Origin: Anthoceros angustus
Taxonomy: Eukaryota > Plantae > Anthocerotophyta
Direction of reading: 5' to 3'
Assembly: GCA_010909165.1 (NCBI GenBank)
Contig: MU008222.1
Location: 43,965-107,964 of the forward strand
DNA length: 64,000 nt
Part shown: positions 56,000 to 64,000 of the stretch, one piece after another
Layout of the letters: each line of letters begins with the position of its first letter
Numbering within the stretch: the first letter of the stretch is position 1
Notes under the pieces: generated by a model
Database searches by the model: none
What the model saw: only the letters and a program-made list of their open reading frames with translations
What the model was told of the DNA's origin: nothing
Program-made: the position numbers and the translations under genes

Positions 56000-58900
56000 T
56001 TGAAGACTTGAGAACTATATGGCCCCATCCATCGAAGGTGGAGCTTGCCGGAAAGTGCATGTACCTATTGTCACACAGGCCAAGTCACGGAATACCCACT
56101 CTTGCTTCGCAACCGTCATGCCATATTTTCCTTTTACGAATATCATGACGCCTCAACGCCTGCTTCTATCCTCTGTATGTTTAGCGCGACTGAGGCGTCC
56201 AGACTTTCCTCACGCCATGCGGTTAGTTTCGGATACGCAGGTGGGAATTTCAAACTCAATAGGCATTCTGGAGAATGGCCGTAGGTGAGGTAGTGCACGG
56301 TGTTTGTTGCGTTGTTATTTTCTCTCTGCGATCCTGTATGCCGGGCGCGGAGTGAAGCTTAAGATCCCGACGCGTATTCCACCGTTAGCTTGTTGAGGAT
56401 CTGCACAAGAGCCCATTCGCCTTTTCCGTTAAGCCATTTGCCTTGGGATTATAAGGAGTCGTTTTCCGTGGCGAACGTTGAAGTAGATCGTCATATGAGA
56501 TATAACCGTTGAAATGTGACCCTCTGTCACGACAAGCTCCAAGGGAGCCATATCGAGTGATAATGTCATAGAGGAACGCCACTACATGAGGGTGTCTACT
56601 GCGGTGCTTGGGCTTCCACCATACGCGTGCAATAGTCTGTACCACGAGGATGTATTGGTTTTGTCGCGTCCTCGTTTTGGTATGGGACCAACAAAGTCTA
56701 TTCCCCATTTCTCGAATGGCGCGGGCCAATATTGGAACCATTGGCCATTGAGTGGTTGTGACGGTTTCCCAACCCTCGGCAGCATCGCAGCGTTAACAAA
56801 CTCCTAGCATCACGATGCATGGTTTGCCACCACCCGTTTCAAGCACCTTCTTGCACGTGATATGTGCAAAAATGTCCTCCGCTTCTCGTGCATCTCCACA
56901 AGACTCGGATAACTGCTCCTTGTTACCCATAACTCTCCGCCCATCCGGTCCCGATGATTGTCTTTGCGTCATACAACGGACGCGAATAGTGCACAAACGC
57001 CGGGTTTGAAAGATCCGATGGTATTTTCCCGTTCCAAGAATTCCATCATCTCCTCGTGAGTGGGCCTTGTGTATCCGTTCTCCCTTCTCATTTCTGCCGA
57101 GCCACCATTTACCCTCGCCTTATGGTTGGGTGCGCCCTCTAACTCGTCATGAACAGAGCTTCATCGGAAAATCGTCGTTTTGGTCTGTGTAACCTCCTCT
57201 GTTTCAGCCTCGAAATGTAATCGCATTCACATGTTTACTCCTCCTCTGGTCTCCACCGTGAACGTGAATTCTTGCGGAGTAGGATCCATCTTGCGCGCCC
57301 GACAAGGTTTGTTTACCAGGTGTTTGAGGGCGAAGTGGTCCACATGGAAGACGAACTCGTAGGATAGCAAATAGTGACGAAACTTGCGAACCGAGTACAC
57401 CATCCCTAGCGCCTCCCTCTCGGTGGTGGTATACTTCCTTTCTGCGTCAGTGAGCTGCCTCCCTGCATAATAGATTGGATAATCGTGCTTCTTGTCATCC
57501 CTTTGGCTTAGAATGGTACCGATTGCATAGGCCGAAACGTCTACAAACACGTGGAACTTCTTGTTCCGTGCCCCGCAGTGGGCGTGATCGTGGTGGTGCG
57601 AAGATCATTGAAGGCCTCCTCTCGTTTTGCGTCCATTCCCACTCCGGTCCTTGGCAATTGTAAGCGATTCCGGAGAAATTCTTCACAAACCTTCGATAAT
57701 AGCCTACCATTCCGAGGAATCCCTAAGCTCCTTGGTGGTAGGTGGCTTGAGGGCGGTAATGATTTTGACCTTATCCGGGTCGACCTCTATCCCCCGCGCA
57801 GAAATGCGGTGCCCCAACAAAATACCCTCTGGCATGCCGAAATAACACTTCTCGGGATGTAGACACAATCGGGTCTGCTGACACCGTTCCAGACATTTGC
57901 GAAGGTGGTTGAGGTGATCTTTCGCTGCTCCAAACACGCAGAAGTCATCCAGGAAGACCTCCATGAAGTCCCTAAGGTATTCCTTGAAAATCTTGACAAC
58001 TGTCCGCATGAAGGATCCTGGTGCCCCTGTTAATCCGAACGCGCTCCGTTTGTAGGCATAGGTTCCCCAGTCTGTAGTGAAGGCTGTTAGGGGCCAATCA
58101 CTCTCCCTGAGATGTAGCTGGTTATACCCCGAATACCCATCCGAACGTAGACCATTCTCCCCGCAACTAAGTCCGATTATGTTGTCTATGAATGGAAGCG
58201 GGTAATGGTCTTTTTGGTCACCTTGTTTAACTTCCTCCAATCTGCGGACCGTATCTTCCCTTACGCTTTTTGGGAACCACCACAATTGGGGCTACCCACT
58301 CCGATGTCACAATAGGATATATGACGCTGCACGCAAGTAGAGCTCCAATTGTTCCTTTACCTTGTGAATACTTTGGATTTAGCTTGTATTGCGATCCTGC
58401 ACGGCACTCGAGATCAATCTTGTGCTCCCCACTCCTCGGTATACCCTTCATGTCAGAACGTCAAAAGCAAAACGTGGATAAATTCCGCCAAATTGTTTCA
58501 TACCTTTCCAAGTGCATTCATCCTGCTCAAAACTTAAGGACCTTGCCGCAACACTTCCACATCCTTGACCTCATCCGTCTGCCCACTCTCCACCGGCGCG
58601 GATGTGATGCAACCCTTCCTCCACTGTCTTGGTTCTCCTTGCGCATTCCCCATTCCGGAATAGGTCGTCGAGGTAAAGCGTGAGACACCCTCCTCGCACC
58701 CCTCCGAAGTTTGTCCAGGATCTCGCTCGGCCACCCACCTCTACTTGTTCCTCGACCTCCGGCCCCTGGTCTCCTCTCCGACCACCGGGTTGTCAATTGT
58801 GACTCCATAGCACCCTAATAGGTTGATGGAATGGGAATATCTCTCCAATCGTCCTCTTCATCGACCACGAAATATGTAATGGGAATTTCTCCTTCTCATC

Positions 58901-59300
58901 CTCTCCCAGAGGTATCTTGAGGTGTATCCCTCCGTTTGGTGTGTCTCCTCGACGTATCTGCTCCAAGTCAAACATATCCTTCCCTCCTTAATTTTGGGGT
59001 CCCAGTCAGAGGTTTGAATCCCACTTCCTTTCTCGCCCATTTGAAGGTGCAACGTGCCCCATACATCCATGTTCGTCAATGAGAACCTCATATCGGCGCT
59101 TTTTGTTTAATGACCACGTAGTCCATGAGGTCGGAATGGTACCAATATGGGTTAGGACTCCCCTCACCGGCGCCATTTTGGACATGTCACGCAACACCTT
59201 TGATGTATGTTCTATCCGCAACCCAAGCTTCCGAGCGGTCTCTCTCATGATGTTGACTCGACGGAATCTAGCGGCACCTTCTTGATTACACATCCCGCAA
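56000..59300 (-). pseudogene. Gypsy pol (PR-RT-RH-INT), multiple frameshifts
   Basis: Domain order PR-RT-RH-INT with the motifs listed above. Confidence 0.92.
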
Positions 59301-62300
59301 TTTCTATCTCAGAGCTCACAGACTCGTCCATCATGGCCACCATATTCACGCAAGGGATTTCGGCCTTGGGGTGGAAAGGTTCTCTCTTGGGTTGTGCCGC
59401 CTTCAATGCCCCACGGATTTGTCGCGTGATTGTCCGAGAAGTCGTCAACGTTATCATGAACTTTTGGTCCATGATAGCGCCCGCCAAATTGAAAGGAACA
59501 CTGTGTGCTTCTGTTTCTCCTTGCCAACCCCCACCGTCATTTCATCCGGTAGTCGCTTTGATGTTGCGGTCGTTGAAAGAATGGCGAGTGGGTCGTGGGT
59601 CGATGGCCAAAGGTACGCGAGTCTGTTCGATTCTTGTCGGATCATATCCATAACCTTTCCTCGACATCGGCGGAAACGCCGACTCATCCTTTTTTCCTCT
59701 TGCGGGTTTTTCGCCCCATGTGTCGACTCGAGTCCCACGTCCGCCTGTTTTGCACTTCACCTCGAATCCGCGGTCTCGCAAAGGGAGTTACACCGTGATG
59801 CCATCCAAATCGCAACCTCGCGTTAAGTGTGGCGTTTGCTCCTCGTGGATTCGCATGCCCTTCTTTTTCACGACTCCCATACCGAGTCCCTCGTCGTTTT
59901 GTGGTTGGACTTCTCTTCCTTCCCCGATGAAGACGCCTCTTCCTCCTCACTTGCGCGTTATGGAAGCTCCCACTCCGTTCTTCTTCCTTTTTCCCTCGCT
60001 CCCCTTCTTAGGGTGTCCGCCTTCCTCTCGTGTCCGAACAGCCCATCGCAGGAGTTCCGTAATACCCACTATCCACATCCCCAACCCTTCCAGGGCTCCT
60101 CAAGACATCGGCCTAATCCTCCCATACAGCCATGAGCGCATCTTCGACTTGCATTGCTGGCAACGGGCTTTGCTGTACGGGGGGGTGGGTCGCCGTAACC
60201 GGAGGTTGAGCGATCCTCACCTGTTTTTTCGGTGTCTGGCAGAGGACGCTGCCGGCTACGTGACCTGATTGCTTGCAGTCCACACACAGCCTTTCAAAAT
60301 CACCATTCCCCTGGCGAGATGCGGAGGGGCATCCACTGGCAAGATGCCCGAACCCTCGGCAATTGTAACACTGGACGGCACTCATTTGCCCGGGGTTCCT
60401 TGCCATCTGATTGCGAATGCCCATGCCTGTGGGGTTTCGCAAACTCGAGGGGTACAAAGTTTTCGGGTACCCAGAGATCGGTGTTGCCTCTTGAATTTGG
60501 TATGTATCTTCCAAGCACATCTCCTCATCCTCCTCCTCGTAGCCCAGTAGTTGCACTTTTGTTTGTGGACAGGACCTCGAGTGCCCTCTGTCCACAAGTT
60601 GAGCGAAGAGATTCGCGCTCCGAGCAACCCTTCTTCTATCATGGTCCTTGATGGCATTAAGATGGAGTTTCTCCTTTGACCATCATTTCCTCCATCTTGT
60701 TCCCTTGTTGCTCCACTTTTTGGCGCTTGTTTCCACCTCTCTTCTCACCGCTCGCGTCCTTTCGTATAGCCCTTCCCTTTTGCACGTCGTTTTGTTTCCC
60801 AGTCATTTTTCCCCTTCTTCCTTCTATCCCTTCGGTTGCGCTCATCGTCCGACGAATTCTCCTCCGAATCCTCGCTGGTCTCCTCTTCCGTGGAGCTACC
60901 CGAGGAGTCAGCTGAAGAGCTATCCTCCCCCGCGGAACTGTCCTCGGAGGACGAATAGTACTTCTTCTTCTTTTTGTATCTCTTTTTGTCCTTCCGTGCG
61001 CCCTTGTTCGAGTTCTTCTTCTCTTCCGCGTTGGACTCCTCATAGTTCGAACTTTAATCGCCCGATCCAAATCTTTCTCACGAGACGACGTGCCTTCCAT
61101 TTCCGCCCAATCCTCTTGCAAACCAAATGAATGGCCATTAGCTGAAAAGGACCAGATCCCGTAGGGTGGAACCTTTCCACATAAGCTGGTGTCTCCTTCT
61201 TCCTCTCCGCAATCCCTCGAGTTTGGACAGACATATCCTTCCACATCGACCCTCTCAACCTTTCACAAAAGCTCTCTTCAAGGCCCCAAAAGTAGGCGGG
61301 GTGTGGGAAGCTATGTACTCCCGCTTGTACCACTTGGCGCCTCCGCGTAAGACTCCATAAAGGGGCACGCGCATCCTCCCGTGGTGCCAACCGCTCAAAA
61401 CGCTCGACAAACTCGTCAGATCCTCATGGCCCTTCTTTTCTCATAACGGTAAGATTGCTTAGTAGTAACGAGCAGAATCGCCATAACTACCGGGTAGTAC
61501 TTTCAACGATCATGTAGTTGACGCGCACCACGCCTGACCGATCTACATTCACGAAGTTCGACTGACCGGCTGGATCTAGGCAACTGGAGCAGATCAAAAG
61601 ACAAGGTGGGGTACCGGCCCCTTGTACCGCTCGTAGTCGAGAGTTGGGAATCAATCTAAGATCCGATCCCTAGTTCCGAGTTGACTCCTGCCCCTTCCTC
61701 GTCCAAGTGTGATCTCCGCCCGTGCTCTCCTCGTAACTCTCGCAATCTTTTGCTTGGCGTCTTCGAAGCGTTTCCCCACAGATAATCGCTTGTCTCCACC
61801 CGAGGCATCCATCAATCTAGTAATGCTAGACTCTAAGCTAGGGGTTAGTCCTTCCCACGTCCTGATGATTCCATTCCCGCAACGGCGCCAAAATGTGGAG
61901 TGTGGATTCGTGTGGGACACCGTGAGGTCCACATTCACCCTCAATGTCGTTGTAGGCTTAGGATTCGCTCCCAAGGGAATGGTTTGTGCGAGGCGCTAAC
62001 TTCTATCGCTCTTGACCTTCACCTAAGTCAAGACTTGCTTGCTTACTCCCTTCTACTCAACCACTACTACCCCACTTGTCTAGCCACCACGGCTCTTATT
62101 CCACGCAAATCTCATTCCGCGCAAATCTCATTCCACGACCGTGCTCTCACGGGTAGTTGCTTCGACCACAGGTGGGTCCCACACCCAAACCCTAGCGACT
62201 TATTTCCGGCGCGCGGATCCACCACGGCGTCCACCGTGCCGCGGATCCGGCTTTATTCGCACTCCGCACACATGCACACACCGATTCCTAGACCTAAATT

Positions 62301-62339
62301 CCACTAAATCCTCCCGCTCACACACACATAAAGTAGCGT

Positions 62340-63960
62340 CTTGCGGGGCAAGTGGAGGCTTAGACAAAAAGATTGTGATTGGAGGTCAAGGCCTTGAAAA
62401 ATCAAGCTCCACGGAGGTCACCTCACCGCAAGACATTGGTGTATTGCTCAATTTGTCATCAAACCGACACACCAACCGGAATGTATCCGAGCACGGCATC
62501 GTGAATCACGTGGAATCTGTCATGCCCGTGATTATTGGTACGTGGATGAGGCTTACCAAGTGCAAAGTCGCGGAAGCCCTCAATCGATGAGGGCGACTTA
62601 CCAACCCGCAAAGACCGGCTGTGGTGGTATGGGTCACGGCCTACCTCACCGGGACCATGAGACCGGAGCCGCCACAAAGGCCAATGGCAATTCCACCGGT
62701 GCTGTACAATTGTGGGACACCGGTCATTATTCGAATGAATGCCCAACCTCGAAACAAATGGGTTATGTACCTTTTGTCAAGTATGCAAGGAGTTGGGGCA
62801 CAAGGTTGGTGACCCAAGGTGTTGAGTAGCAAGGGTAGCCTCAGACGCCCGGTGAGGTTCACAGCCTCAGCGGAAGGAACGCCGTCCAACCGCAATCACG
62901 GTGACCACAACGGCTTTGAAGGTGGAAGCGAATTGATTTTCTTGATGAATCCAGCGTGTATTCAGGGATTGTAGAAGAAGGGTATGAAGGAGAGATGAGT
63001 GCAGACAAGGGCTGTTGGTGGCCAAAGTTACCACCGATCCGAGCCGAGAGAAAGACCGAAAATCCGGAAAGCGCCGTGAACGAGGAACGGAAGAAAAGGA
63101 AGGTGAGGGACGACTCACCTTGGCCTCCGAGACTCGTGGGGTCGGAATTTGGTAGAGGAGGAGGAAATGAAGAGGTCCATAAGACGCCTACCGTGGTAGG
63201 AGCTCCTACCATGGTAGGAGGAACGCCACTGGTAGGAGGCGAACCTACCATGGTAGGAGGGGAGGAGTGACCCACCCACAAGCGGAAGAGGGGAGGAAGG
63301 TGTTTCCGACATCGCAGAAGGAAGTGGCGGAAATGTTGGAGGATGAGCTAAGGAGGCTCACCCAACATGCGAAGATGGAAGAAGAGGCGAGCCTCGAAAT
63401 TGATCATGATCATGGAGTCCCAAAGGGACCAAGAGTGTGAGGAGTTTACCAATAAGGTCGGAGCCGACCAGCATCGGCTGCAAACGGGAGGAAACATTGC
63501 AAGATCTCCAGGATGCATTGCTTGAGAATTTGTGGTCACTTGAGACAATTATGTGAGTCCAAGATCCCGCAAAATTGTGAAGGAAGCGATTAGGGGATCC
63601 CGAACCCATGGGGACGAGAAGGAGGCCGGTGGAGGTAAATGTGGTTGAACTTGTTGATTTGGGCGCCAGAGATTGAAATTGAGATTGCTGCGTGCCTAAT
63701 GTGCCATTAGATTCGGGTTCGAGTCAACTTGATGACGGAGGAGACAGCCATCGCCTTGGTTTCACCAAGTTTAACCCAATCCGAGTGTTCTTGAGGATGG
63801 CGATCAAACAAGGAGGAAACCTTTGGGGGTCCGAGAAATGTGCCAACCGTGATTGGTGGTCTCACATTCCATCTTACCTACATTGTCATGAGGCCTGTCG
63901 ATCTAGGCTACAAGGTTTTGATAGGCGTGCCTTGGTTGTATGGTCGCTTGTGTCTTTGAT
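62340..63960 (+). mobile_element. Second Ty3/gypsy gag-protease fragment of the same lineage, in the opposite orientation
   Basis: YNC.T.GHYSNECP, CQVCKELGHKVGDPRC, VPLDSGS, YKVLIGVPWL. Confidence 0.8.
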
Positions 63961-64000
63961 TTCGAGCTGCATTACATTTAAGTCATGTAGGGTAGGGCTC

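Larger units (their letters stand above)
51302..62335 (-). mobile_element. Large non-chromoviral (Athila-like) Ty3/gypsy retrotransposon, degenerate; 3' LTR ends at 51302, 5' LTR 61894-62335 is truncated
   Basis: PBS tggcgccgttgc (61879-61890, Athila-type tRNA-Asp-like), gag with two Zn knuckles, and PR. RT motifs KDHYPLPFID, DGYSGYNQ and FLDDF; RH motifs YPIYYAG and TTEREAL; INT motifs FEKWGIDFVGP and NGLTEKAN. Confidence 0.93.

Noticed and set aside
60657-61244. 195-aa R/K-rich ORF as a separate gene
   Set aside because: It is part of the frameshifted gypsy gag region.

Overview
Eukaryotic land-plant nuclear DNA, not prokaryotic. The short GT-AG introns and the co-occurrence of DYW:KP-type and DYW:WW-type PLS-PPR genes point to a hornwort, or else a fern or lycophyte (inference). 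A compact gene island at 18.4-25.7 kb holds a 7-exon tRNA 2'-phosphotransferase (TPT1), a peroxisomal enoyl-CoA isomerase, a PPR-DYW:KP candidate U-to-C editing factor and a MAGE/NSE3 gene. At 35.3-39.0 kb there is a long C-terminally truncated WW-type PPR plus an internally deleted PPR pseudogene. The rest is nested transposon material: several Ty1/copia elements (one with both LTRs, PBS, PPT and TSD), Athila-like Ty3/gypsy elements, CRE-like RLE non-LTR retrotransposons, a Sola-like transposase remnant and unclassified tandem repeats. The most interesting signals are: (i) CRE-like elements whose 3' ends sit about 250-320 bp upstream of host start codons; (ii) short antisense ORF cassettes between pol and the 3' LTR of two copia elements, one bracketed by a duplicated PPT and one followed by a textbook intron; (iii) the KP/WW editing-factor set; (iv) a 99-bp duplication giving TPT1 two in-frame splice acceptors. 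Caveat: host genes are clean, but repeats show many small indels and local duplications or inversions, so some frameshifts and tandem copies may be assembly errors. I saw no rRNA, tRNA or CRISPR features. All family assignments come from motif recognition by eye, not from database searches.
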